A stretch of 26,097 nt of DNA from IMG/VR virus record IMGVR_UViG_3300044535_000502, one strand, 5' to 3'. The stretch is from a virus. Lineage: Duplodnaviria > Heunggongvirae > Uroviricota > Caudoviricetes. The notes beneath the pieces are model-generated. The model was not told where the DNA came from. It worked only from the letters and a program-made list of their open reading frames with translations, and did no database searches. Position numbers and translations under genes: made by a program. Below, piece after piece: positions 6,333 through 15,412 of the stretch (the stretch's first letter is position 1; every line of letters begins with the position of its first letter).

Positions 6333-7969
6333 TGGCATATGCTGGTGGATATAACGGTAACTCAAGTCTGAAACGTGCCGGTGTTGAAATTGAATACACC
6401 CACGATCAGCTAATTGAGATTACCAAATGCATTAAGGATCCTGTATACTTCATTAAGAAGTACGTCAAGATTGTTAACGTTGATCATGGCTTAATGCCAT
6501 TTAACATGTGGCCTTTCCAGGAGGAAATGGTCAAAGGCTTTCATGCGAATAGATTCTCCATCGCAAAAATGCCACGACAGGTCGGTAAGACAACCACAGC
6601 CGCAGGCTACATGTTGTGGTGTGTACTGTTTACGGATGACTATAAGATCGCCATTCTAGCCAACAAGGGTGATCTAGCAAGAGACATTCTCGGTAGAATC
6701 AAATATGCGTTTGAATATCTTCCACTTTGGATGCAACAAGGCATTGTTGAATGGAACAAAGGAAACATTGTTCTTGAAAACGGATCAGAAATATCAGCAT
6801 ATGCAACAAGTGCGGCTGGTGTTCGTGGTGGATCATACAACTTAGTATTCTTGGACGAATTCGCTTTCGTTCCACAGAATATGGCTGTTGAGTTCTTTAC
6901 CTCGACCTATCCAGTTATCTCTTCTGGTAAAACTACCAAAGTTATCATCGTTTCAACGCCACATGGACTGAACATGTTCTACAAGATGTGGACAGATGCG
7001 GTTGAAAAGCGTTCTCTGTATGTTCCGTTTGAAGTTCACTGGTCTATGGTGCCAGGTAGAGATGCTAAGTGGCGAGATGAAACGATACGAAACACAAGTG
7101 AAGAGCAGTTCAGGCAGGAATTTGAATGTGAATTCTTAGGGTCATCTGCAACGTTGATTCCAGGATCAAAATTAAAGACACTGACATTCAACTATCCAAT
7201 ATCCACAGAAGAGTATCTACAAATTTTCGAGGCACCCAAAGCGGGTCACACATACATTGCTGTGGTTGATTGTGCCGAAGGCGTTGGTCTAGACTATTCA
7301 GTATGCTCAGTTATTGATGTTACTGAGTTACCGTACAAACATGTGGCTAAATTCAGAGACAACAAACTGTCTCCTATGTTATTTCCAACATATGTTTATA
7401 ACTTAGCTAATAGATATAACAGAGCTTGGGTTCTGGTTGAAACGAACAGCGTTGGTCAACAAGTTGTGGACATCCTACACTACGATCTTGAGTATGAGAA
7501 CATATTCAGGATCGAGCATCATGAGATAAAGGGCCAGCATATATCATCAGGCTTCAAAAAAGGTGCTGCATATGGTGTAAAAACATCCAAAACAGTCAAA
7601 AAAATTGGTTGTGCTAACTTGAAAACTCTGATTGAAACAGACAAACTCATAACAAATGACTTTGATGCTATCGCAGAACTGAACACATTTGTCAGAGTAA
7701 AGGAGTCTTATGAAGCTGAAGAAGGTAATAATGACGACATTGTGATGACTCTGGTGTTGTTTTCTTGGCTGACAGCACAGTCATACTTCAAGGAAATCAC
7801 AGATTCTGACGTTAGACAGAGATTGTTGGACGAAAGAAGCCTACAGATGGATGATGAGATGTTGCCTGTGGGTGAGCTTGATGATGGTCTACAAGAACAA
7901 AAAGAGTTTGATGGCACCGATCTGTGGACAAACCTAGGTCAGCGAGGCTACATGGCCTCAAGTTTATAA
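6332..7969 (+). CDS. gp17: Terminase large subunit gp17 (545 aa)
   Basis: Walker A MPRQVGKTT, Walker B VFLDEFAF, coupling motif IVSTPHG, and RNase H-like nuclease residues (VVDCAEG, NNDDIVM). Confidence 0.95.
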   Translation: MAYAGGYNGNSSLKRAGVEIEYTHDQLIEITKCIKDPVYFIKKYVKIVNVDHGLMPFNMWPFQEEMVKGFHANRFSIAKMPRQVGKTTTAAGYMLWCVLFTDDYKIAILANKGDLARDILGRIKYAFEYLPLWMQQGIVEWNKGNIVLENGSEISAYATSAAGVRGGSYNLVFLDEFAFVPQNMAVEFFTSTYPVISSGKTTKVIIVSTPHGLNMFYKMWTDAVEKRSLYVPFEVHWSMVPGRDAKWRDETIRNTSEEQFRQEFECEFLGSSATLIPGSKLKTLTFNYPISTEEYLQIFEAPKAGHTYIAVVDCAEGVGLDYSVCSVIDVTELPYKHVAKFRDNKLSPMLFPTYVYNLANRYNRAWVLVETNSVGQQVVDILHYDLEYENIFRIEHHEIKGQHISSGFKKGAAYGVKTSKTVKKIGCANLKTLIETDKLITNDFDAIAELNTFVRVKESYEAEEGNNDDIVMTLVLFSWLTAQSYFKEITDSDVRQRLLDERSLQMDDEMLPVGELDDGLQEQKEFDGTDLWTNLGQRGYMASSL

Positions 7970-7972
7970 AAT

Positions 7973-7980
7973 GATAAATA
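7973..7980 (+). promoter_or_regulatory. Probable late promoter variant GATAAATA (gp18)
   Basis: One mismatch to TATAAATA in the gp17-gp18 intergenic region. Confidence 0.55.
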
Positions 7981-8025
7981 GAATAATACGATTCAGTTCT
8001 ATAAAAATAATAAGGAGAACAAAAT

Positions 8026-9696
8026 ATGGCTTTTCAATTATCACCTGGTGTTAATATCTCAGAAGTAGATTTAACAACAGTTGTTCCATCAGTTGCCACT
8101 ACCATTGGCGCAGTCGCAGGCAATTTTGCTTGGGGACCAGCTAACGAAATCACTATCGTCAACAATGAAATACAATTGGTTGATAGATTCGGCAAACCTG
8201 ATGCAAATACTTACGCAACATTTTACACAGCAGCAAACTTCTTGGCATATGGAAGTGACTTGAGAGTTGTTCGTTCTGTTGGCGCTAATGCAAAAAATGC
8301 TACAGCAAACGCTAACGCAACAACAGTTTTGATAGAAAACAGAATTGATTATGAGCAATCTCATAGCTCAAATACATCATCCGCATTCAATGCAAAATAT
8401 GCAGGTGCTTTAGGCAACTCAATCAGAGTATCGGTTGCAGACTCAAACACATTCACAAGTTGGACATATGCAGGTGAATTTGATTCTGCACCAGCAACAT
8501 CTGAGTGGGCATCAGACAGAAACTCAAGCAATGATGAGTTGCACGTTATTGTTCTAGACAGTAATGGAGCAATTAGTGGTGTCGCAGGAACAATTTTGGA
8601 GAAATATCCATTTGTTTCCAAAGCATCAGATGCTAAAAACTCAGACGGTTCAAGCAACTACTATAAAGAAGCAATCAACACACGTTCGAAGTACTTGTGG
8701 TGGGGCGGTCACCTAGCAGCTAATTGGGGTACAGCGGCAACCGGAGCAGTTGCATATACTTCAATGGCTACTGCACTTACTGCAACACTATCTGGTGGTG
8801 TAGATCATGTTGCAACTGCAGGAAACATCAATTCATCATATGATTTGTTTGCAAATGCAGATTCAGTTGACATTTCACTGATCATGGCAGGTGAAACAAC
8901 AGGAACAACAATTCCAAACCATCTAATTTCTATCGCTGAAACACGTAAAGACTGTTTAGTCTTTGTATCACCAGAGTTTGCTGATGTGGTTGACAACTCG
9001 GGAAGCGAAGCTACTGATATTGCAGCAACAGCAGATTCATACACAAAATCTAGTTTCGCTGTTATGGATTCTGGATGGAAATATCAATATGACAAGTACA
9101 ACGATGTATACCGTTGGGTACCATTGAACGGTGATATCGCCGGTCTATGTGTTCGTACAGACAACGAGAGAGATCCATGGTTCTCACCAGCCGGTCTAAA
9201 TCGCGGTGTGATCAAAAACGTAGTTCGTCTAGCATGGAATCCAACACAAGCCGAGCGTGATGCAATCTACAAGAAGGGTGTAAACTCTGTTGTTACTTTC
9301 CCAGGTGAAGGAACTATTCTGTATGGCGATAAGACTCTACTGAATCGTCCAAGTGCTTTTGATCGTATTAACGTTCGCCGCTTGTTCATCGTTCTAGAAA
9401 AATCTATTGCAAAAGCTGCACGTTCATCTCTATTTGAATTCAATGATGAATTTACTCGCGCTGCGTTTGTAAACTTGGTTGAGCCATACCTACGTAACGT
9501 TCAAGGTCGCCGTGGTATTTACGACTTCCGTGTTGTGTGTGATTCTACCAACAACACAGGTGAAGTAATTGATCAAAATCAATTCGTTGGTGATATCTAC
9601 ATTAAGCCTGCTCGTTCCATCAACTACATCCAACTTAACTTTGTTGCGGTTCGCACTGGTGTGAACTTCTACGAAATTGTTGGTAGCCAAGCGTAA
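8026..9696 (+). CDS. gp18: Tail sheath protein gp18 (556 aa)
   Basis: 'MAFQLSPGVNISEVDLTT', 'WFSPAGLNRG' and 'FDRINVRRLFIVLEKSI...FEFNDEFTR'. Confidence 0.95.
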   Translation: MAFQLSPGVNISEVDLTTVVPSVATTIGAVAGNFAWGPANEITIVNNEIQLVDRFGKPDANTYATFYTAANFLAYGSDLRVVRSVGANAKNATANANATTVLIENRIDYEQSHSSNTSSAFNAKYAGALGNSIRVSVADSNTFTSWTYAGEFDSAPATSEWASDRNSSNDELHVIVLDSNGAISGVAGTILEKYPFVSKASDAKNSDGSSNYYKEAINTRSKYLWWGGHLAANWGTAATGAVAYTSMATALTATLSGGVDHVATAGNINSSYDLFANADSVDISLIMAGETTGTTIPNHLISIAETRKDCLVFVSPEFADVVDNSGSEATDIAATADSYTKSSFAVMDSGWKYQYDKYNDVYRWVPLNGDIAGLCVRTDNERDPWFSPAGLNRGVIKNVVRLAWNPTQAERDAIYKKGVNSVVTFPGEGTILYGDKTLLNRPSAFDRINVRRLFIVLEKSIAKAARSSLFEFNDEFTRAAFVNLVEPYLRNVQGRRGIYDFRVVCDSTNNTGEVIDQNQFVGDIYIKPARSINYIQLNFVAVRTGVNFYEIVGSQA

Positions 9697-9702
9697 TAAA
9701 TA
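9695..9702 (+). promoter_or_regulatory. Probable late promoter variant AATAAATA (gp19)
   Basis: Overlaps the gp18 stop codon; one mismatch to TATAAATA; about 22 nt before the gp19 ATG. Confidence 0.55.
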
Positions 9703-9724
9703 AGAGAGAATAGGAGAATACTAA

Positions 9725-10270
9725 ATGGCATTCAATATTAACGAATTCCGCTCTCAAATGCAGGGAGATGGTGCCCGCCCAAATTTATTTGAGGTGACAC
9801 TACCATTTCCAGCTTTTGCTTTGCCAGGAACAGCACTGACAAAATTGAGCTTCATGTGCAAAACCGCACAGCTACCAGGTTCCACAGTGAACACAGTACC
9901 TGTACAGTACTTTGGACGTGAGCTTAAATTTGCAGGAAACAGAACTTTCGCAGACTGGACAATTACCGTTATTAACGATGAAGATTTCATCATTCGTAAT
10001 GCGTTCGAACGTTGGATGAATGGCATGAACAGCCACTCATTGAACTTGCGTAATCCAGCAGCTACTACACCATCTAGCTACACCGTTGATGGTGAAGTTA
10101 GACAGTATGGTAAAACTGGTGACATCCTGAAGAAATACAAATTCATTGGTCTATTCCCAACTGATGTTGCACCAATTGATGTTGATTGGGGTTCCAACGA
10201 CACAATTGAAGAGTTTACTGTAAACTTGTCGTATCAATGGTGGGAATCCGCCGAAGATTTGGTGGCTTAA
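9725..10270 (+). CDS. gp19: Tail tube protein gp19 (181 aa)
   Basis: 'GDGARPNLFEV', 'YFGRELKFAGNRTFADWTITVINDEDF' and 'DTIEEFTVNLSYQWW'. Confidence 0.95.
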   Translation: MAFNINEFRSQMQGDGARPNLFEVTLPFPAFALPGTALTKLSFMCKTAQLPGSTVNTVPVQYFGRELKFAGNRTFADWTITVINDEDFIIRNAFERWMNGMNSHSLNLRNPAATTPSSYTVDGEVRQYGKTGDILKKYKFIGLFPTDVAPIDVDWGSNDTIEEFTVNLSYQWWESAEDLVA

Positions 10271-10272
10271 TA

Positions 10273-10300
10273 GGACGGGGAGAAATTCTCCCCTCCTTTT
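10273..10300 (+). terminator. Rho-independent terminator after gp19
   Basis: GGA-c-GGGGAGA aat TCTCCCC-TCC followed by TTTT. Confidence 0.8.
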
Positions 10301-10321
10301 CATAATGGAAAGAAAGTACGG

Positions 10322-12001
10322 ATGGCAATAAAATTATTCGGTTTCACGCTAGGTGATAAAGATATCATCAAAAAAGAGGACCCTAAGCAGTCCTCGTTTG
10401 CGCTTCCAACAGAAGCGTTGGATGATGGCGCAGTAACGATAACACAAAACGCACACTACGGCACATACGTAGACTTGGAAGGCTCAGTTCGTAATGAACT
10501 AGAGTTGATCACAAGATATCGTGAAATGTCCAATCATCCTGAGTGTGACCAAGCAATCACTGAGATTGTTGATGAAGCCATTACACACGATAAAGATGGT
10601 AGAGTTGTAGATATCATACTAGATGATTTGAAACAACCAGAGTCCATTAAGAAGAAAATCACAGAAGAGTTTGAAACAATCGTTAAGATGTTGAACTTTT
10701 CCAATCTTGCTGACGATATTTTCCGCAGATGGTACATCGATGGTAGAATTTACTATCATGTCATCGTCAATGAACAAAACCCCAAAGAGGGTATTCAGGA
10801 ACTGAGATACGTTGATCCACGAAAAATTAGAAAAGTTCGTGAAGTCCAGAAGGGGCGCGATCTGAAAACTGGCGCAGACATTATCAAGTCTGTTGCTGAA
10901 TACTATCTTTACAATGATCGTGGTACAACCACACAAGCATTCACAGCAGCAGCTAATGCTGGACTGAGAATTGCACCAGAATCCATCATCAACGTCAACT
11001 CAGGCATGATGGATGCAAAGAACACATTTGTTATTTCGCACCTACACAAAGCAATCAAGCCACTGAACCAGTTGCGCATGATTGAAGATGCTGTGGTTAT
11101 CTACAGAATTAGTCGTGCACCAGAACGTAGAATTTTCTACATTGACGTTGGTAATTTGCCAAAAGGTAAAGCTGAACAGTATCTGCGCGATGTGATGGTC
11201 AAGTATAAGAACAAAATGGTCTATGACGCAAACACAGGTGAGTTGCGCGATGATCGTAAGCACATGTCTATGCTTGAAGACTTCTGGTTGCCTAGACGCG
11301 AAGGCGGTAAAGGTACAGAAATCACAACACTTCCTGCTGGTCAAAACTTAGGTCAGATGGAAGACGTACAGTATTTCCAAAAGAAACTACTACAGTCGAT
11401 GAACGTACCATACTCACGTATGGAGCAACAAAGCGGTGGTATGGTTGGTCTTGGTAGATCAACTGAAGTCACCAGAGATGAATTAAAATTCAACAAGTTC
11501 ATCACAAAGATTCGTAACAAGTTCTCACAAATTTTCGATCACGCACTGAAGACACAGTTGGTTCTAAAAGGAATCTGTACTTCAGAAGAGTGGGACGAGT
11601 TTAGGGATAAGATTTATTATGACTACAAGAAAGACAACAACTTTACTGAGTTGCGTGATGCTGAATTGTGGCAAAATAGATTGCAAATGTTGGGTATGGT
11701 TGATCCATATGTAGGAAGATATTTCTCACAAGAGTGGGTAAAGAAAAATATCTTGCAGTTGACTGACGATGATATCAAAATGATGGATAAACAAATCTCT
11801 AAAGAGCCTGAGCCAACTCCACTTGGACCAGATGGAAGACCACTTCCACCTGATCAAGGACAAGATCAGGAACAAGAGCAAGTGGATCCAGCAGACTTTC
11901 CACCCGAAGACAATATATCAGATCGTGGTTCAAACGAGTCAGATACACCAGAACATGATGCGGTAGTATCAAGATTCAGTAGAGTGCTAAATAGAAAATA
12001 A
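10322..12001 (+). CDS. gp20: Portal vertex protein gp20 (559 aa)
   Basis: 'RRWYIDGRIYYH', 'NQLRMIEDAVVIYRISRAPERRIFYIDVGNLPKGKAEQYL' and 'MLEDFWLPRREGGKGTEITTLPAGQNLG'. Confidence 0.95.
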   Translation: MAIKLFGFTLGDKDIIKKEDPKQSSFALPTEALDDGAVTITQNAHYGTYVDLEGSVRNELELITRYREMSNHPECDQAITEIVDEAITHDKDGRVVDIILDDLKQPESIKKKITEEFETIVKMLNFSNLADDIFRRWYIDGRIYYHVIVNEQNPKEGIQELRYVDPRKIRKVREVQKGRDLKTGADIIKSVAEYYLYNDRGTTTQAFTAAANAGLRIAPESIINVNSGMMDAKNTFVISHLHKAIKPLNQLRMIEDAVVIYRISRAPERRIFYIDVGNLPKGKAEQYLRDVMVKYKNKMVYDANTGELRDDRKHMSMLEDFWLPRREGGKGTEITTLPAGQNLGQMEDVQYFQKKLLQSMNVPYSRMEQQSGGMVGLGRSTEVTRDELKFNKFITKIRNKFSQIFDHALKTQLVLKGICTSEEWDEFRDKIYYDYKKDNNFTELRDAELWQNRLQMLGMVDPYVGRYFSQEWVKKNILQLTDDDIKMMDKQISKEPEPTPLGPDGRPLPPDQGQDQEQEQVDPADFPPEDNISDRGSNESDTPEHDAVVSRFSRVLNRK

Positions 12002-12011
12002 GGAGATAATT

Positions 12012-12218
12012 ATGGATGCAAGACAAGTAATTGACATGTTAGGTGCAGGTCAAAATTCAGAAGCTAAGAGTGCTCTAGAAGAGTTACTATCTGCAAAAGC
12101 ATTTGATGCACTAGAAGCTAAAAAGCAAGACGTTGCTTCAACATTGTTTAACGGCAGAACCGAAGATCAACCTGAAGCTGAAGAACAAATTGAAGCTGAA
12201 GAAACACAAGGCGAATAA
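12012..12218 (+). CDS. gp67: gp67-like prohead core protein (68 aa, acidic tail)
   Basis: Position directly after the portal; helical N-terminus 'IDMLGAGQNSEAKSALEELLSAKAFDALEAKKQDVASTLF' plus a Glu-rich tail, as in T4 gp67. Confidence 0.6.
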   Translation: MDARQVIDMLGAGQNSEAKSALEELLSAKAFDALEAKKQDVASTLFNGRTEDQPEAEEQIEAEETQGE

Positions 12219-12922
12219 TGAAGTCGTTGCAAGAATTCAAGAGTGTAGTTGAGGAAGAAAAGCAGGACTTTTCAAAGTTCGATGCTTTGGTTCGTGCCGG
12301 TCTAGGCAACAAAGCACAGATTCAACGTATGCACCAGATTCTTGCAAAGATGGAAGAAGATCGACCAACTTTTACCCAAGCTGATAGATCAATCATACAA
12401 AATATTTTTGTTAAGATGGTTGATCTAATCACAAACAATCCACAAATTCATCGTCAAGTACGTAAGTCTGTAAAGGAATCTGTTGTTGACACCAGTGATT
12501 TCAAACTGTCAGCTTCAGGTAAAAAAGTCCGAGCACATCGTATTGAATTTGATAAAGAAGTCAAAGAAGAGATTGTGCTGGACGAAAGTTTGGCAAAAGA
12601 ACCTCCTTTCATCCTGATATTGAAAAGGAAAGCAATCAGATTGATTCCTGGTGGCATGAAAGTTGCTGTTTACCATAACGAAAGATTAGGTAAAGATTTT
12701 GCGATTCCATTCACACAAGATGATGCCGGTCCGATTCAATCTGAGCAAATCGAACTTGATACTGGTGATATTGTTGAGCTTGATGAACAAACGCTAGAAG
12801 CATTTCAATCAGTGTATCATAGTTTAACGGAAGAGAATCAACAAAAGTTTGTGGATTTGATTCATACATCACCAGAAACATTTGAGCAAGCTAAAGAATT
12901 TGCACTTAGTAAAGTACAATGA
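12218..12922 (+). CDS. Hypothetical head-cluster protein (234 aa), possible internal/core protein
   Basis: TAATG coupling to the upstream gene; N-terminus MKSLQEF resembles the T4 capsid-targeting sequence MKTYQEFIAE; lies between the portal and the protease. Confidence 0.7.
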   Translation: MKSLQEFKSVVEEEKQDFSKFDALVRAGLGNKAQIQRMHQILAKMEEDRPTFTQADRSIIQNIFVKMVDLITNNPQIHRQVRKSVKESVVDTSDFKLSASGKKVRAHRIEFDKEVKEEIVLDESLAKEPPFILILKRKAIRLIPGGMKVAVYHNERLGKDFAIPFTQDDAGPIQSEQIELDTGDIVELDEQTLEAFQSVYHSLTEENQQKFVDLIHTSPETFEQAKEFALSKVQ

Positions 12923-13350
12923 ACTTCATAGAACTCATATCACAGAATAAACTTAGTGAAGCAAGAGATGTTATCTTTGCTCACATGAACTCTGTTGTTG
13001 CAAAAAGGCTTGAGGAAGAAAAGCGGGCAATTGCGGTAGATATATATGATGTTGCTGAAGATTTATTGGAAGCTAATATTGTAAAGCAGGGCAGAATCCA
13101 AAAGATTCGCAGAAGAATTCGTAGAAACGCTAAAGGAAGAATCGTTGTACAACGAAACGTTAGACGTTCTGCAATCAAAGGCTTTAGAATATCAGGCAAC
13201 ACTGTTAAGAGAATACCAGCAACAGCAAGAATTCAAAAAGCTAGAAAGCTAAAGAGATACTGGAAAACAAAAGGTCGCGCTAGAATGAATAGAACATTGC
13301 TGAAAAGAAAAATGTCAATGCGCCGCCGCAAATCAATGGGAATACGATAA
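12919..13350 (+). CDS. gp68: Prohead core protein with gp67-like N-terminus and gp68-like basic C-terminus (143 aa)
   Basis: Very Arg/Lys-rich C-terminal half ending 'KRKMSMRRRKSMGIR', comparable to the T4 gp68 terminus as recalled; position before gp21. Confidence 0.65.
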   Translation: MNFIELISQNKLSEARDVIFAHMNSVVAKRLEEEKRAIAVDIYDVAEDLLEANIVKQGRIQKIRRRIRRNAKGRIVVQRNVRRSAIKGFRISGNTVKRIPATARIQKARKLKRYWKTKGRARMNRTLLKRKMSMRRRKSMGIR

Positions 13351-13713
13351 ATGCCACAAGAAATTACTAACACACTAAGATCGAAGTCTACGATCCGTGT
13401 AACGGGAAATACAAACACGTTGGTTACGTTGGCACAATTGTCATCTAACACACAGCTTGAAACCGTATCAGCAGCAGCAATCGCACACGTTTCATCAAGC
13501 AGTGATGGCACATGGAAAGTTTATCGTGGTAATGATGCAACAGGAACACTTGTTCTGGAGTTGAATAAGAACCACACGATCAACTTAGAAGATATGGGTA
13601 TTGGAGCAATTGCTAACGGTGCAACATCAAACGTTTTTGTGACAAACGATGGCACAGTCGGCACACTACTTTTGGTCATGAGCAAAACAGCAACATATAG
13701 CAGAGACCTATGA
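13351..13713 (+). CDS. Hypothetical beta-rich protein (120 aa), probably virion-associated
   Basis: ORF abuts the upstream TAA and overlaps gp21 by ATGA; Thr/Ser/Gly/Asn-rich with alternating hydrophobic strands. Confidence 0.75.
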   Translation: MPQEITNTLRSKSTIRVTGNTNTLVTLAQLSSNTQLETVSAAAIAHVSSSSDGTWKVYRGNDATGTLVLELNKNHTINLEDMGIGAIANGATSNVFVTNDGTVGTLLLVMSKTATYSRDL

Positions 13714-14363
13714 AACTAATTACAGAAACAATTGAAGACATAAAGTACTTAACAGAAAGTACTGAAGACGGCAAAAAGAATCTATACATTCAAGGCGTAT
13801 TTCTGGTTGGTGAACAAGCTAACCGTAATCGCAGAATGTATAAGATCGGCACATTGCGTGAAGAAGTTGGACGTTACACACAAGAGTACATCACAACAAA
13901 CCGCGCATTGGGTGAACTTGGACATCCTGATACACCATCAATCAACCTTGAGCGCGTGTGTATCAAGATCGAATCACTTACAGAAGATGATCAGAATAGA
14001 TTTATCGGCAAAGCTAGAGTTTTAGATACACCATATGGCAATATAGTGAAGAACTTTATTGATTGTGGCGTAAGTCTAGGTGTATCTTCAAGGGGTATGG
14101 GTTCACTTGTTCAAGGACGTGACGGTATCAATATTGTTTCCGATGACTTCAGGCTAGCTACTGCTGCTGATGTTGTTGCTGATCCATCTGCACCTGGCGC
14201 ATTCGTCGATGGTATTATGGAAAACAAAGAGTGGTTGTTTGTCGAAGGACGTTTCGTTGAAATGGATATCGATAGAACGAAACAAGCAATTCGAAATGCC
14301 TCAAGAAAAGACATTGAAAAAGTGGCTGCTCGCCTCTTTGAAAATTTTCTAACGAAACTGTAA
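13710..14363 (+). CDS. gp21: Prohead protease gp21 (217 aa)
   Basis: 'MKLITE', 'ALGELGHP', 'LGVSSRGMGSL' (catalytic Ser) and 'ADVVADPSAPGAFV'. Confidence 0.95.
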   Translation: MKLITETIEDIKYLTESTEDGKKNLYIQGVFLVGEQANRNRRMYKIGTLREEVGRYTQEYITTNRALGELGHPDTPSINLERVCIKIESLTEDDQNRFIGKARVLDTPYGNIVKNFIDCGVSLGVSSRGMGSLVQGRDGINIVSDDFRLATAADVVADPSAPGAFVDGIMENKEWLFVEGRFVEMDIDRTKQAIRNASRKDIEKVAARLFENFLTKL

Positions 14364-14367
14364 ATTA

Positions 14368-14375
14368 TATAAATA
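14368..14375 (+). promoter_or_regulatory. T4-type late promoter TATAAATA (gp22-gp23)
   Basis: Exact consensus in the gp21-gp22 intergenic region. Confidence 0.85.
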
Positions 14376-14397
14376 AACAAACAAAGGAGATTCCTAA

Positions 14398-15390
14398 ATG
14401 GCTACTAATAAACTTTTTGAGGCTGCTGCTGAAATCCTTGCTTCAGGCAAGGGAAAGAATGCAATGCCTCCACAAAAGCTGGAAGGCGAGACTACTGACG
14501 CCGGCGGTCCAACACCAGAAAACGCTAAACCAGATGACAACTCACACAAGATGAGTTTCACATCTAAGAGTGCAACTGCACCAACAACTAAAGGATCAGA
14601 TGCATCCAGTAAAGTTGTAGATTCTTTGAAGAAAGAAGAAGTTGAAGAAGAGCAAACCAGCTTTGTATCGGAAGATATCAATGCAATCTTTGCTGACGAC
14701 TCGACCATCTCCGAAGAATTCAGAACAAAAGTTTCCACAATCTTTGAAGCTCGCGTCCTAGACCGCGTTGCTCAGATTGAAGAACAGATCGAAACACACT
14801 ATGCTTCCATGTTGGAAGAAGCTGTTGAATCTGTCAAAGAAGAACTAACAGACAAAGTAAACGATTACCTTTCATATGTTGTTGAGCAATGGATGGAAGA
14901 AAATCAAATCGCTATTGACAATGGTATTCGCTCCGAATTGGCCGAAGACTTTATCAATGGTTTGAAGAATCTATTTGCAGAACACTACATTGATGTTCCT
15001 GCTGAAAAAGTTGATCTCGTTGACGAACTAGCAGCTAAAGTTGAAGAACTAAGCGGCAAGTTGGACGAAGAAGTTGAGCGTTCTATTGAGTACCGTAATG
15101 CACTCTTTGATGCTCACAAAGCTGAAGTGACCCGCGAAGTATGTGAAGGTTTGACCGCGACACAAGTTGAGAAGATCAAAGCACTTGCAGAGAGTGTAGA
15201 CTATTCCACAGAGGAAGAGTACAGAGCTAAACTTGATACTATCCGTGAAAACTATTTCCCTTCCGGTGTAAAGAAGGCTGATGCCACCGCACTTCACGAA
15301 CAAGTAGAAGATGTTGCAGAAAAGAAAGTAGTTTCTGATGCATTCATGAATTCTATCGTTCAGTCAATTTCAAAAACAACCCGAATCTAA
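14398..15390 (+). CDS. gp22: Prohead core scaffold protein gp22 (330 aa)
   Basis: Acidic coiled-coil; 'LSEEF..K..TIFEA'-type segment and 'YLSYVVEQWMEENQIAIDNGIRSELAEDFINGLKNLFAEHYIDVP'; directly before the major capsid gene. Confidence 0.92.
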   Translation: MATNKLFEAAAEILASGKGKNAMPPQKLEGETTDAGGPTPENAKPDDNSHKMSFTSKSATAPTTKGSDASSKVVDSLKKEEVEEEQTSFVSEDINAIFADDSTISEEFRTKVSTIFEARVLDRVAQIEEQIETHYASMLEEAVESVKEELTDKVNDYLSYVVEQWMEENQIAIDNGIRSELAEDFINGLKNLFAEHYIDVPAEKVDLVDELAAKVEELSGKLDEEVERSIEYRNALFDAHKAEVTREVCEGLTATQVEKIKALAESVDYSTEEEYRAKLDTIRENYFPSGVKKADATALHEQVEDVAEKKVVSDAFMNSIVQSISKTTRI

Positions 15391-15412
15391 TTATATAACA
15401 AGGAGATATTAG

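Noticed and set aside
6332-7969. Possible intein, intron or homing endonuclease in the terminase or other core genes
   Set aside because: Lengths and motif spacing are normal; no LAGLIDADG, HNH, GIY-YIG or intein terminal motifs were seen.
8026-9696. gp18 (556 aa) is shorter than T4 gp18
   Set aside because: Outer sheath domains vary in length among T4-like phages; the conserved termini are intact.
11805-12001. Pro/Gln/Asp-rich portal C-terminal tail
   Set aside because: Low-complexity, variable C-termini are common in gp20 homologues; no further structure was seen.
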